Shown here: one piece after another, positions 12,795 through 26,139 of the stretch
How the letters are laid out: the number at the start of each line of letters is the position of its first letter
Position numbering within the stretch: the stretch's first letter is position 1
Assembly (NCBI GenBank): GCA_964016885.1
Contig: OZ024744.1
Location: forward strand, 93,620,001 to 93,684,000
Direction of reading: 5' to 3'
DNA from: Eledone cirrhosa
Lineage: Eukaryota
DNA length: 64,000 nucleotides
Position numbers and translations under genes: made by a program
Notes under the pieces: model-generated
The model's database searches: none
The model's input: the letters and a program-made list of their open reading frames with translations, nothing else
Told to the model about the DNA's origin: nothing

Positions 12795-15450
12795 TGTGGA
12801 CGTCCGTGGCCAACGCCTGGTGGATGACATCACCGGTTTTTCAATTCGTGGCCGGAAAGCTAATGCTCCAACAGTCAGCCCCATATTCTTCATCGCTGCC
12901 GCTGGAGATGCCTAGCATTCGTTGTTAGGTTCTTTCCCAGAGCTCACCGATGGAAATTTTCGAGTCACTGAGCCAACACACTCAACTGAACATTTCATTT
13001 CCACCACCAGTGCTCCAGTGTTTTCGCGTCCACGCCGCTTACCTGCGGACAAATTAAAGGCAGCACGGTCCGAGTTCGACCATATGCTGCAGCTGGGCAT
13101 TATTCGCCCATCTACCAGTCCTTGGGCTTCACCGTTACACATGGTGCCCAAGACTTCCGGCGACTGGAGCCCCACTGGGGATTATAGAAGGTTAAATGCT
13201 ATGACCGTCCCGGATAGGTATCCCATTCACTATCTCCAGGATTTTGCATCTTCACTGCAGGGGTGTAAGATTTTCTCAAAACTAGATTTAGTGCGAGCTT
13301 ACCACCAAAATCCGGTCAGGAAGGAGGATATTCCGAAAACGGCGATTACAACTCCTTTCGTATCCTTCGAATTTTTGACCAGCGGTTCATAGACGAAGTC
13401 ACTCGTGGTCTGGACTTCGTTTATGCATACATAGACGATATTCTCGTCGTTAGTTCCTCTCCGGAAGAGCATATGCGCCACATGCATCTCTTATTTCGGC
13501 GACTTCAGGATTACCTCGTTCGTGTGAATCCCGCAAAGTGTGTTTTCGGTTCCACTTCGCTAAATTTTTTAGGCCACCTCATCGACGCCGAAGGTATTAG
13601 GTCGCTCCCTCAGCGAGTTCAAGCCATACAGGATTTACCTCCCGCCTACTACACTTCACCAGTTGCGTCACTTCTTAGGTCTAATCAATTTCTATAGGCG
13701 TTTCGTTCCTCATTGTGCTAATTTGCTATCTTCCCTTACTGACATATTGAAAAATCGTCGTAAGAAGAATGAGGATATTTCCTTGACACAAGGACAGCTT
13801 CAAGACTTCCAGACTGCCAAGACAGCACTCGCTAGTTCATCTTTGCTAGCCCACCCGATACCAGAGGCCAAGCTTTCGCTTTGTGTTGATGCATCTGATA
13901 CCGCTGTGGGAGCAGTTTTACAGCAGTCCAACGTTGGAAACCAACAACCTTTGGCATTTTTCTTGAGATAGCTGAAACCAGCAGAAACGCGTTACAGCAC
14001 GTTTGGGCGGGAATTATTAGCCATATATCTGTCGGTGAAACATTTCTCTCACATTCTTGAGGGGAGAAATGTTACTGTTTTAACCGACCACAAACCTCTG
14101 ACCTTCGCTTTGAGGGCTAAAGCCGACAGATATTCGCCCAGAGAGACAAGGCACCTGGACTACGTTTCGCAATTTACAAATGATATCCAGCACATTGCTG
14201 GCTCGCATAACATAGCTGCAGACGCATTGTCACGTTTGCCAATCAGCTCCATCTCGTCATCCCAGGAGATCGACTTAGGTCGTTTAGCTGCAAACCAACC
14301 TGCACTCCAATCGTTGGATACTCTTTCTGCCGAATTTGCAACTTGCATCTTCAAATATCTGCCCTTGTCGACCACCGACAGGCAGATTCTATGTGATGTA
14401 TCTACGGATTCACCACGACCACTTGTTCCTGAGACTCACCGTCAAATTGTGTTCCTTGCTTTGCACAACATTTCTCACCCAGGATCTTCTGTCACAGTAA
14501 AGCTCATAACAGCCAGATTCTTCTGGCCAAATATGAGGCGCGATTTACTGCTTGGTGCCGTTCCTGCATCGCTTGCCAGAAATCGAAAATCCATAAACAC
14601 ATCCGGACTCCGCTTGGTACTTTCAGTTCTCCTGATCCTCGGTTTCAGCACATAGACATTGACCTCGTTAGACCTTGGCCATTCAGCAGTAGATATTCGT
14701 ACCTCTTGACCTGTGTCGATCGCTTTTCGAGATGGCCTGAAGCCATCCCCTTACAAGATATAACTGCTGAGACTGTAGCACTTGCCCTGGTATCAGGGTG
14801 GGTTACCTGCTTTGGGGTACTAACTACAGTCACCACAGACCGTGGTAGACAATTTGAGTCTCATCTCTTCTCTGAGCTCACAAAGAACATTGGCACACAA
14901 CGGATTCGGACCACAGCCTATCATCCTGCTTCAAACGGAATGGTGGAACGATTCCACCGCCAATTAAAGGCCGCTCTTCGCGCCTATCCAGACTTTCAAC
15001 GTTGGAGCGAGTACCTTCCTATTGTGTTGTTAGGAATTCGGTCATCAATAAAGTAGGACCTTGGGTTCTCCCCGATCGAATTACTGTATGGTGCTCCTCT
15101 AGCGTTGCCTGGGCAAATTCTTGCCCCTGTTGATCTTGCTTTCCAGGACCCTGTTTCCTACGTATCTCGTTTGCGCTCCTATCTTCAGGACTTACCGCCC
15201 ATGAATACTAGGAAACAAACTGTTAAAGCTGCAGTCCCGAGGGATATTGCCTCGTGGACACATGTATTCGTCAGAAACGATGCGGTTACTCCACCCCTCA
15301 CGCAACCGTACTCTGGACCCTACCTTGTGTTAGCACGTACTGACAAACATTTCACTGTAGACATTAAGGGGTCCAGAGAGACAATTTCGGTGGATAGACT
15401 AAAAAGGGCATACAATGATGCTCATACACCTGAGCCACAAATACCCCAAT
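12795..15450 (+). pseudogene. Ty3/Gypsy pol (RT-RNase H-integrase), disrupted; gag and 5' LTR absent
   Basis: [93 protein letters not shown]; several stops and frameshifts. Confidence 0.95.
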
Positions 15451-15723
15451 CTTTCTTCTTGTGCATACACCTGCTCCTCCTGCCCCACCTTCACCTACAT
15501 ACAAGACCACGACCCGTTCCGGTCGAAGAGTCCACTGGCCCAAAAAGTTCTGCCAAACTATTTTCATGTGAACTGCCACTGGAGCCTTATTTTTTTTGTT
15601 TTTCTCGTTATTGTATTACCATGTACCTTCTCGTTACCATTTCATGCCTGTGTTGGGAGCCCATGCTTGTGGGTTCGCTACACTTACCTTCGGGCTTTTC
15701 GCCTAGCGTCTGGAGGAGGGTAC

Positions 15724-16106
15724 TGTAGCGGCCCCTTACGGCTGTGATTCAGCACGTATGGGAGTTGCGTCCCTTTACGACGGTCGTAACTCAGCACGTA
15801 TAGGAGTTACGTCTTTTTGCGACAGGCGCGACCCCCATTGGCAGATTCATGTACTAAATGGAGTTACGTCCCCCTGGGTACTATATATTTGAGGGCTGCC
15901 AAGGCATAAGCCTCTCTGGCATCCTGAACTTTGAAGGGACAAGAACACCTGAGACCTTGTCAAGAGATGACTCCTGTCTCACTTCCTTCGCCAGCCAGAA
16001 GAAGAATACCGGCAGCCTAAAGAAATACTTGAACACCTCCAAGAGAAGATTTCTGTTCTTCTCTACACACTCCAGTCTGGGAGTTGTGACCAACTGAACA
16101 TCTACA
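15724..16106 (+). mobile_element. Gypsy 3' LTR
   Basis: Polypurine tract GGAGGAGGG (15712-15720) followed by TGTAG...CTACA inverted termini, downstream of the integrase. Confidence 0.75.
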
Positions 16107-16239
16107 TGTGGTAACACATTATTTATATTAATTTATTTGACTTCTGTGAAGTAAAACCTTGTCACAACTCTCACCTGCATTTATTGTCATTCTTGATAAT
16201 ATATATATATACACTGATACTAATATCCTAAAGGACAAT

Positions 16240-19200
16240 TCATTCAACCAGCTACACCGTTCTCAGGACCTTTTCCAACAATTTGCTGTTGATATGGCCG
16301 TTAAAATGGAGTCCGAGATTAAATTAAATCAAAAGAAACTTCGATCTGAATGCTACATTCATCTACGCGATGGAATTAACAACGACGTATCCCCAGACAA
16401 TTTAGGGCAAGTGTGTATTTTGCCTTCAACGTTCACAGGGGGACCCTGATACATGCACGAGAGGACTCAGGATGCCATGACTTACGTAGAACATTATGGG
16501 CCGCCCATAACGTTTCATAACGTTTACATGCAATCCCAAGTGGAAGGAGATTACAAACGAACTGTTCCACAGTCAAGCGCCAAGGCACAGCCACGATCTC
16601 ATAGCAAGAGTGTTTTGCCTGAAATTATCCCAATTAATGGATTTATTAAAGAAAGGACAGGTTTTTGGGCCTGTCAGATGCGACATGTACACGGTTAAAT
16701 GGCAGAAACGAGGGTTGCCGCATGCCCATATCTTGATTTGGTTGGTGACAAAAATCAGTTCAAACTACATCGACAAATTTATTTCTGCCGAACTACCTGA
16801 TCCGTAGATTGACCAGGACCTCTTCTCTATAGTCACATCAAACATGGTCCATGGTCCTTGCGGACATGGACTCAATATGACGTCCCCGTGCATACACGAC
16901 GGAAAGTGTACAAAACGATATCCCAGGCCGTTTTTACAGCAAACACAGACTGGCGGTGACGGATATCCGTTGTATAGGTGTAGGAGACCTGAAGACGGTG
17001 GATTCACAGCAAAAGTTGGCGAACGCGAAATCAACAACAGCTGGATAGTGCCATATTGCCCCCTCCTTTTGAAAGCGTTCAACGCCCATATAAACGTCGA
17101 ATTTTGCAACTCAGTAAAATCAATTAAATACGTTTGTAAGTACATAAACAAGGGATCAGATGCTGCCGTCTTTGGTCTTCGTCATGAAAACAGTAGAGAC
17201 GAGGTATCTGACTACCAAGCAGGCCGATACATTAGCAGCAATGAAGCCTTTTGGTGCATTTTTGGCTTCCCACTGCACCAACGACACCCTGTCATTAAAC
17301 AACTTGCCGTTCACCTTGAAAACGGTCAACAGGTGTATTCCAACAATGCAACAGCTGCTCAGCTAGCGATCTCACCAAAGGAAACTACACTCACTGCTTT
17401 TTTCAAACTTTGTCAACACGACAACTTCGCTCGAACTCTGCTGTATTCTGAAATACCGTCTTACTATACATGGAATCAGACAAAATGGCTACGAAGGAAG
17501 GTAGGGCAAGAGGTGGTTGGATATCCAGTCATCAAATTCGACTATTGTCTTGGGTGAGTTTATACGGTCCACCCTACCCAACACGAATGCTTCTACCTGC
17601 GACTTCTGCTTCATGAGGTGAGAGGGCCGACCAGCTTCACTCATCTGAGAACCGTCGATGGATACACCTGCGGAACATACAGGGAAGCCTGCTTGAGGCG
17701 TCGACTTTTAGAAGATGATGCACAATGGGATGCAACCTTGACGGAAGCTGCCATCTCACAATCATCCCGTAGTCTAAGGGCAGTTTTTGCTATCCTCTTG
17801 CACGTCTGTGAATTGAGCGATCCTTACTCTTTATGGCAACAATTTAAAGATGATTTCGAGACGCATATAGACGTCTCGCTCAATTGCAATCTCCAAACTT
17901 AGATGAGGCTTTTCAGACGCTATATATAACAGAGCTCTGATCGATATTGAAGACAGAGTGGCTTCATTGGGCGGAGATATCTTGGAGAAATATGGGCTTC
18001 CGCAAACACTTTGAGATGCGCCATCTGACATTCCCAGCGACATTATACGTGAAACGTCATATGATGTCGACGAACTCAAAAGGTATGTTGAAGAAAATGA
18101 ACCAAAACTTCTAATGGATCATAAACAAGTCTACAACATTGTTGTTGATTCCATCCGTAATCGGGGAGGGGGTATATTCTTCCTGGATGCACCTGGGGGC
18201 ACGGGAAAAACATTTGTAATCAAACTTTTACTCGCTGCAGTGAGGCAACACGGAAACATCGCATTGGCCGTGACTTCTTCCTTTGCTGCCTGGTGGCAGG
18301 ACGGCCCATTCTGCCTTCAGTCTTCCTCTCAACGTGGCATCATCTGAGACTCCCACGTGCAACATCAGCAAGTCTTCTGGAAAAGCACTGGTGTTAAAGC
18401 GTTGCCTACTAATTGTTTGGGACGAATGAACAAAGGCCCACAAGGCGGCTTTCGAGGCATTAGACCGGTCACTCAGAGACATCAGGGACTGTCAAGAACA
18501 AATGGGAGGTGTCACTTTCCTGTTATCTGAACACTTCCGACAGACTCTGGCTGTAATCCCAAAAGGTACGCGGGCTAATGAGGTTGGTGCATCTCTGAAG
18601 GACTCCCCACTTTGGCGTTATGTAAGAAAGCTGACGCTTACAACAAACATGATAGCACAACTGCAAGGTGATGAGACATCAGCGGGTTTTGCTGCTGCCA
18701 TTTTGCCGTTGGGAGATGGCAAAGTCCTACTCAACGGAGATGGTGCAGCGGACCTCACAGGGATGTGCAGATGCGTTAAGTCAATTGCTGAGTTACGGAC
18801 GTCTGTTTTTCCTAATCTTGAGGAGAACTACACAAATCAAGTGTGGTTGTGTGAACGCGCAATATTGGCTTCGAAAAACCACATAGTTGGAAACATCAAT
18901 GAACAGCTCATGTTGTGCTTGCCTGGAAACCTGCATGTCTACAAGTCCCTTGACTCTATGGCTGATCCAGACGAAGTTGTTAATTACCACCACATAATTT
19001 CTTAACTCCCTAGATCCTCCCGGATTGCCACCACACTCTCTGCGACTTAAGAAAGATGCCCCTGTCATGCTCCTCAGGAATTTGGAGCTCCGAAGGCTTT
19101 GCAGCGGCATGCGTCTGGTCGTCCAAAAGGCAGTGCCTCATGTTATTGAGGCAACAATACTTACAGGATGTGGTAAGGGGGATACTGTCTTCATACCAAA

Positions 19201-19459
19201 GATACCTCTCATTCCATCCGGTAAAGACATTCCTTTCACATTCAGAAGGCTGCAATTCCCTCCCCGGCTCAGTTTCGCCATGTCGATTAACAAATCACAG
19301 GGTCAGACGCTGACGGTCGTAGGACTTAATTTAGAAAAACCGTTCTTCTCCCATAGTCAACTATATGTTGGCTGCTCTCGAGTGGGGAGCCGACATAACC
19401 TATTTGCTTTTGCAACTCGCGAGAAAACCCAAAATATAGTCTATAAAGAAGTTTTGTAG
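16240..19459 (+). pseudogene. Helitron Rep/Pif1-helicase, N-terminally truncated and disrupted
   Basis: LPSTFTGGP, WQKRGLPHAHIL (HUH), KYVCKYINKG (Y2), FLDAPGGTGKT (Walker A), [22 protein letters not shown]. Confidence 0.95.
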
Positions 19460-20107
19460 GCACCCCATCCGCCAACAAGTAATCGGTTTTTTTTTTTGTA
19501 TAAGTGCTTACATTTGCTGTATCCATGTGCTATTTTTGTTCTTTTGACAATACCACGTACGCCTCTGAGGTTGCTTTTGCTATACGTTATAAATGTTCAA
19601 TGTCTCCGTTTTCCGCATTTTTATGTTGCTATTACGCTAGGCTATCGATGTTCCGTAGTTTTAACCTAATTGATCTACTTTTCTCTACATCTTATTTACA
19701 CATTTTTTTGACATTCCAGCGTGATCTTGCCAAGGGCGTTTTTGTGGCCACCGACAGTTACATGCTTTTCTAGGTTACAATCTCAAATAACAAGCAAAGC
19801 AAATACGACACACCAAAGTGGTGTAAAGGACTTCTTAAGGGCCACCACCTCTAATCGGAGTCTTCTTTGCTGACAGCTCTGCCGCTGGGACTTTTAAGAG
19901 TGAACGATCCAAGGCCCTCTTTAGGGCCACCAAGTTTAAATTGTTACCATCGGATTCATCTTTGCTGGCAGCACCGTCGCTCACATATTTCAAAGTGAAC
20001 GTTAAAAGGTCCTCTTCAGGGCCACCAACTATAAATTGTTACTTCTATAGTCGTGTTTAACGGCAGTCTTTCGGTTCATTTGAATGACTACTCCATTGAG
20101 AGTTATA

Positions 20108-20134
20108 CCGGGCAACACCGGGTACCTCTGCTAG
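20108..20134 (+). terminator. Helitron 3' hairpin and CTAG terminus
   Basis: CCGGGCAACACCGGG-TACCTCTG-CTAG|T. Confidence 0.85.
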
Positions 20135-20202
20135 TTTATTATAAATTTCAGTTGGTTGGTTGGTTAGTTCGAAAACCAGGAAAGGAAGGTTGTTTATATA
20201 TT

Positions 20203-20233
20203 GTCAAAGCCCTTTCATGACATCCTCAGTGAC
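20203..20233 (-). ncRNA. Candidate minimal hammerhead ribozyme in the Penelope 3' repeat
   Basis: Minus strand GTCA-CTGAGGA-TGTCAT-GAAAGGGCTT-TGAC: 4-bp stem I, core, very short stems II and III. Confidence 0.5.
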
Positions 20234-22984
20234 TAGGTTTTTATTTTGTCTCTCCTTTATTCTGTCCTAGATCATCTCGTTTTTGTGTGTTGCGTGCTTA
20301 GATTGAGCATGCGTTACATTGTGTGTGTATTTTCATTTATTTATTTATGTGGTTATTTACTTGTTCTATCTGTGTGCGTCTGATTTGTTTTGTTAGTTTG
20401 GTTTTTGTGTGTATCTGTATGTCTTCATTTTGTCCTTAATTACTAGTTGTGACGTTGCTATTCCACTCATTCTCTAATGTGCCCCTATGTTCTATTTTGG
20501 CATGTTGGTGGAGTACTGATGAGTTTTTCCCATCCTGGGGTTCTCGCTAGTATTCACTTATCCTTTCTCCTATGCTACGGGCTGTTTCACCTATGTATGT
20601 TATGTTCTTATTCCTACACTGTCCCCTAGTACATATTATGCTATATACTACGTTCCTAGTTGTGCAGTTAGTGTGCGGGCTTAGCTTGCAGACTATGCAT
20701 TTCCTATCAGCACATGGCGATCTTTGAAATGGGTATGTTTTACTAATTAGGGTTTTTATGGGAATACCTGGTCTTTCAACTATCTTAATATTTAATTTAA
20801 GCTTGTCTAGGGCCCTTCTAAATCTGTAAGCTAGTTAACTTCTAGGGGTTGTATTGACGAACATTACACTCTGGTATTTATTGCTATCATACCAAGAGTT
20901 TATTTTATTTGTCTTATTCCTAATCCTTTCTATTGTTCCAAAATTGCTCTGTACATGGGGCAAGTCCCATTTGCATCATTTTCTACAACCTTTGCCCATT
21001 TGGTTCTGGCTCCTTTATATACCCTGATCTTGTGTCTCGGATTGTAGCCAGAGAATTGCATGATGTGGTGGATGAAGTGTTGTATGTGTCTCTTTAATTC
21101 TTTAGGATTGCACATGCGGAACACGTTCCTCATCACTCTTACTAAGTCCGCAATAAGTATGTTGATTTTTATGTGATCCGAAACAGCTAAGTTTCGGTGG
21201 ATCAAGTACTTGGAGGTCATGGGTTTAGCATAATGCGAATGAAGGATATGTGTTCTATTACTAATAGTTTCCAACCAGAGTTCTGTGTCTAGTACGGTTA
21301 ATCTATAGTTGGGGTGTTTAGTTGGGTAGTCTATAGTAACTTTAATACTCTGGTGGATGGAGTTAACTAATTGCTGGATGCTTTCCATGGTGTTGTTCTC
21401 TAATTCCTAACTGTTCTCCTGTGGGTGGTTTTTACTGCGATATTTATGTCATCTTCATAGCGGGAGTACATAGTCAGGGTTATAAAATTGTCTTCTAATT
21501 GTTCTTTAAGTCTTCTGTCCCACCATACCATAAAGAGGTTAGCTATGTCACCTGCAATGCTAACGCCAATGGCTGCTCCCTTCCCTCTTCTTGGGCATAT
21601 GTTTTGCCATTAAACTTGAACATATGTTCCTTAAGGGTTAGTTTTATACTGACCCCCCACCACATGTGTGATTATCATGGTTTTCCGGGGTCTGTATGGC
21701 TCTGGTCTAACCGCTCCATCTTTATTTGTGGGACTTCTTGGCCATTGAAGTAATAGTGGGTGGTCTGCCTCTCTCTGGCCTTGTGGAGCAAAGGCTTCTG
21801 AAGTCAGGTGTGTCTAAATAATCCTTATTGTGTGTGAGTTTAAGTAGTAGTCCCAGCTCACTTGTATCAATTCCACGGAATTCAACATCGCTCTCACTGA
21901 TCATTTTTATGCATTTTTCCACAGCAAAATCAACGTCAATGGATGGGTATAGGGACACTACATCTCCATGCTACCTATTGTACAACCTGTTAGGTCCCTA
22001 GACAGGTTGCATTCGTTGATTCTGCTGAGGAGGTCCTCCGTGCTGTCGCATATATCTGGAGACATTTCGATAATAGCGCGTATGATCAGGGAGAGGAAGT
22101 AGGAGAGTCTGTAGTTGCTAGCAATGTTAGCTCCACAGACTGGCCGTGCTGGTGGTCCTGTGACTGGGTCACTATTTGCCTTGTGGTCTTTGTGAAGCCC
22201 ATACAGCGTTGATACATTGTTGTTTCAGGCCTGGAAGTTGTTGGCAGTCCGTTTATTAGGCTGCATCATCATATATGAGCGTTGAGGGTTTTTTCCCTTT
22301 CCTCGTGCTCTTGTGGTGTTACTTCTCTTGTGTTGATGATGTGGGGTTGCATTTCTTGGAAGTAGCTTGGCAGGCTGTCAGCTGACATTCTGCCAGATTT
22401 GTCTGTTTGGATAGCATACAATCTCTCCATTTCATGAGCGCCGCATGAGTTTACACAAGCCATTTGTGGATTCCCCCCCCCCCCCAATTGCTGGACCTCC
22501 ATTCTATTCTGTTTCCTGCTATGTTGTTCTAGAATCTTTTTAAGTTTAGTTCTGGCTATTGTAAATTGTGCCTATGTTTGGTCATCAGCTTGTTACGGTA
22601 AACCCGATCGTTTGTTAAACCAAAGCGACATAGGGTAAATTCGTTGCATGTCATGTCGAAGGACTTATCAGATGGGTCATAGAGGTAGAACTCCAGGGTG
22701 TATTGTTTACTATGTTGTTATTTCTACTTCCACCAACAGCTTCATGGTTGCTCTCATTGTTTCTCCTGTCCTTTCCCTCTGTGTCACTTATTTTCTAATC
22801 TATTTCGTGTCTGTGTGTTCATCCTGGTTTTGTCATTGTTTTCTCTACCTCTCTCATTGTTGTTACTGTCCCTTATCTCTGTGTTACTGTCATTTTCTAA
22901 CCTGTTTTCTGTGTCTGTTGTTGTTGGGATGTGTATTGTGGTGGAAAGCATAGTATGTGTTGTGTGTGTTGTTATTATTCAGTA

Positions 22985-23148
22985 TTGGACGCCATACTTT
23001 GCAGCATAGAGTTACGTCCCTTTATGTTCTGAGTTCAAATCCCGCCAAGGTTAGCTTGGCTTTTCATCCTTACGGGGTCGATAAAATAAAGTATTAGTTA
23101 TGCACTGGGATAATTGCTGGTCTTGAGCCAAAAGTAGAAACAGTTATT
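22985..23148 (+). mobile_element. SINE family B inside the Penelope element
   Basis: GAGTTCAAATCC...GATAAAATAAAG...GTAGAAACAG. Confidence 0.8.
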
Positions 23149-23356
23149 GTTGTTTGTGTTGTTATTGTTGTGTGTGTTGTTGTTATCGTTGTTCGTGTTG
23201 TTATTTTTGTTGTTGTTTTTTAGTCTTCATCGTATTTTTGTAAATGTTTTTTCTATCTCAGATAAGCATTCTGTCATATTTACCTTACTATATGTGGCAT
23301 ATTTAGGTAGTAACTGTTGGATGGACAGTTCGTCAGGATCTAAGCTAGTGTTACCA

Positions 23357-24026
23357 TATATATTTGTGTTGTTGTTGTTGAAATCGTCTATTAATGGGAC
23401 ATCTTGCCATATATATTTGTGTTGTTGTTGAAATCGTCTGTTAATGGGGCATCTTGCCGTATATATTTGTGTTGTTGTTGAAATCGTCTGTTAATGGGAC
23501 ATCTTGCCGTATATATTTGTGTTGTTGTTGAAATCGTCTGTTAATGGGGCATCTTGCCGTATATATTTGTGTTGTTGTTGAAATCGTCTGTTAATGGGAC
23601 ATCTTGCCGTATATATTTGTGTTGTTGTTGAAATCGTCTATTAATGGGACATCTTGCCGTATATATTTGTGTTGTTGAAATCGTCTGTTAATGGGGCATC
23701 TTGCCGTATATATTTGTGTTGTTGTTGAAATCGTCTGTTAATGGGACATCTTGCCGTATATATTTGTGTTGTTGTTGAAATCGTCTGTTAATGGGGCATC
23801 TTGCCGTATATATTTGTGTTGTTGTTGAAATCGTCTGTTAATGGGACATCTTGCCGTATATATTTGTGTTGTTGTTGAAATCGTCTATTAATGGGACATC
23901 TTGCCGTATATATTTGTGTTGTTGAAATCGTCTGTTAATGGGGCATCTTGCCGTATATATTTGTGTTGTTGTTGAAATCGTCTGTTAATGGGACATCTTA
24001 CCGTATATATTTGTGTTGTTGTTGAA
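23357..24026. repeat. 50-bp minisatellite, ~13 copies
   Basis: Unit GCCGTATATATTTGTGTTGTTGTTGAAATCGTCTGTTAATGGG(G/A)CATCTT. Confidence 0.95.
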
Positions 24027-24655
24027 CTCGTGTTTATTCCATCAAGCTTATCTGGGTATTTCTCTCTATTTTCTGAAGTTTCTTGTTTTAGTTTCATCTG
24101 TTTGGGCCACGTTAATTTCTTGTTAAAATATTTGTTGCATTTCTGGATGATGTATTTTTCTTCTTCGTGTATAATATTTATCTATTCTCTTTTTCTCTTG
24201 GTGTAGTGATCTTACTTATTTCTTGTATTAGGTTACCCTTTCGTTTTTCTTGTTGGTTTAATTCTAAGTAAATTTTCTTTTTTATGTTTAGAATCAGTGT
24301 TCGTTTGAGTCTATCAGCTTGTCTTTTGCTGAGTTCGAGTCTTCTTACATTGGTGTTGATGGTGTAGGTGTAAACTCTGGACGAGGTACATTGTTTTATG
24401 AAGTGAAGTTGTCGAGTTGTTTTCTTTAGACAACAGAACATGGTGGTTTTCAGTAACTTGTTAGCCTGGCTAAGGTTTACGATACATCGTTTTCGAATTT
24501 GTTGTGCAAGATTTCTTGTGTGAAAACATGTGTTGAAACAGATATTGTTTTACTTTGGGAGGGTCGTGTTGTCAATAAAAACACACGCACCTGCTTGTTT
24601 TCACTTCAATTTATTATAAATTTCCTGTTGGTTGGTTCGATGAAGTATATATATA

Positions 24656-24857
24656 TAGGAAAATGTCCAGGACCCCGACGGCAGAGCTCAAGCCGTTTCG
24701 GCGGCTATTTCTGGAAAGCGTCCAGAAATAGCTGTCGAAACGACTTGAGCTCTGCCGTCGGTGTCCTGAACATTTTCCTATTACCCACTCTACTACCCAA
24801 AGTATCGAGTACTCTGGTGCGTTATGGTCCACCTGGTTCCTTACCACACTTCCTTCG

Positions 24858-24858
<1 letters not shown>
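24656..24858 (+). mobile_element. Fold-back element family P1 in (TA)n
   Basis: Inverted arms 24656-24780 plus unique tail; homologues at 36621, 38303 and 43010. Confidence 0.8.
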
Positions 24859-24930
<72 letters not shown>

Positions 24931-25022
24931 ACCAAAGATTGGTATGGTTCGTTGATTACTCAATGAATACAATTTTACAATAGATTAGAAGCACTCAATA
25001 AAAAAAGTTTTCCTGGAGTTAA

Positions 25023-25124
25023 TATTATTCAAAATATTAACAAATGAAAAATATTCTCATAATCAAAATCTATATATATTTTGATTATGAGAATATTTTT
25101 AATTTGTTAATATTTTGAATAATA
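25023..25124. repeat. AT-rich palindrome
   Basis: TATTATTCAAAATATTAACAAA...TTTGTTAATATTTTGAATAATA around a short TA spacer. Confidence 0.8.
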
Positions 25125-26139
25125 CATATATATATATTAAAATAACAAATTAAAGTTTAAGCAAAGAATCGCTGCTTTCACCATTAACGGGATCTTCTGA
25201 AACTAACTAACTAGTAATAATAATACATTTGAAGACTAAAATTCAAAGAGGGCTCGATAAAGATAAATATATATCAGATATATAAGAACCGTACAGCAAA
25301 TATTTATTAAAATAACAGATTAAAGTTTAAGCAAAGAATCGCTGCTTTCACCCTTAACAGGATCTTCTGAAACTAAAAAAGTCAATCTGTGAACGCGATT
25401 ATATTAATATATATATATAGTAATAATAATAAATTTGAAGACTAAAATCCAAAGAGGGCTTGATAAGGATAAATATATATCAAATATATAAGAACCGTAG
25501 AGCAAAACGTGGTTTTGTCTTTGCGTGTAATTGTTTTCACCGCTCCAAATATCACTGGTGACAACTCGCTATATTATACTAAAAAAAGTGAAATAAATAA
25601 AGAAATATATAGAAATATATATTTTTGTAAATAAGACAATAGAACCGTGTGGAAATGGAAGCACCAATTGAAACATAAGTTTTAAATCTCCGAAGCCGTT
25701 TATGAAAGTATTGAAGAAGACAAGAAAACACACTTCGATCTTCCGACGTGGAAGAGGCTCCTATCAGAAGAAACCGTCACCGAATCTTCATTTTTCTTAC
25801 CTGTTGTACAAACCTGGCTGGAGACAGAACACTGCACAAACATTCTAATAGTTCTATAGATCTATGAAATAATACATATGAATAAGCCATAGATGACGAA
25901 CATTATTAAGTAATGTCAGTTTCATGAGGAGATAAAACGCCTCCATCCTTTTGAAGGGAAAAAAAAAAAAAATGGAAAACTGTAAGTCCGGTATTGAAAA
26001 ATAAAAAATCACAAGGGATTGACACTCCAAATTCACTATTCTTCTTTTACTTTGTTTGCTCCACTTTTCAAATTAAATGACACGATGGTTTAGTTGTATT
26101 CAAATATTGTAAGCGCGTCCATTGAGAATATCGTCTTTG

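Larger units (their letters stand above)
5563..20134 (+). mobile_element. Composite Helitron insertion (~14.6 kb)
   Basis: Starts with TC after an A; ends with hairpin CCGGGCAACACCGGG...CTAG before a T; flanks rejoin into one Penelope repeat; contains Rep/Hel remnants. Confidence 0.75.
20135..24640 (-). mobile_element. Penelope-like retroelement (RT + GIY-YIG), degenerate
   Basis: Minus strand: LYGLHKDHK..GPPARPVCGA, DVVSLYPSI, GAAIGVS, RYEDDI, HSHYAKPMTS, and VVYSIICT...TYIGET (GIY-YIG, ~20585-20652); terminal repeat at both ends. Confidence 0.9.

Noticed and set aside
16240-19459. Host PIF1 helicase gene
   Set aside because: Linked to HUH/Y2 Rep motifs and a Helitron 3' terminus, with many stops and frameshifts.
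25801-25950. Minus-strand exon-like signals (acceptor TTTCCCTTCAAAAG|GATG at ~25947; donor CAG|GTAAGA at ~25801)
   Set aside because: No recognisable protein in any frame and enclosed by repeat arms; not supportable without transcript data.
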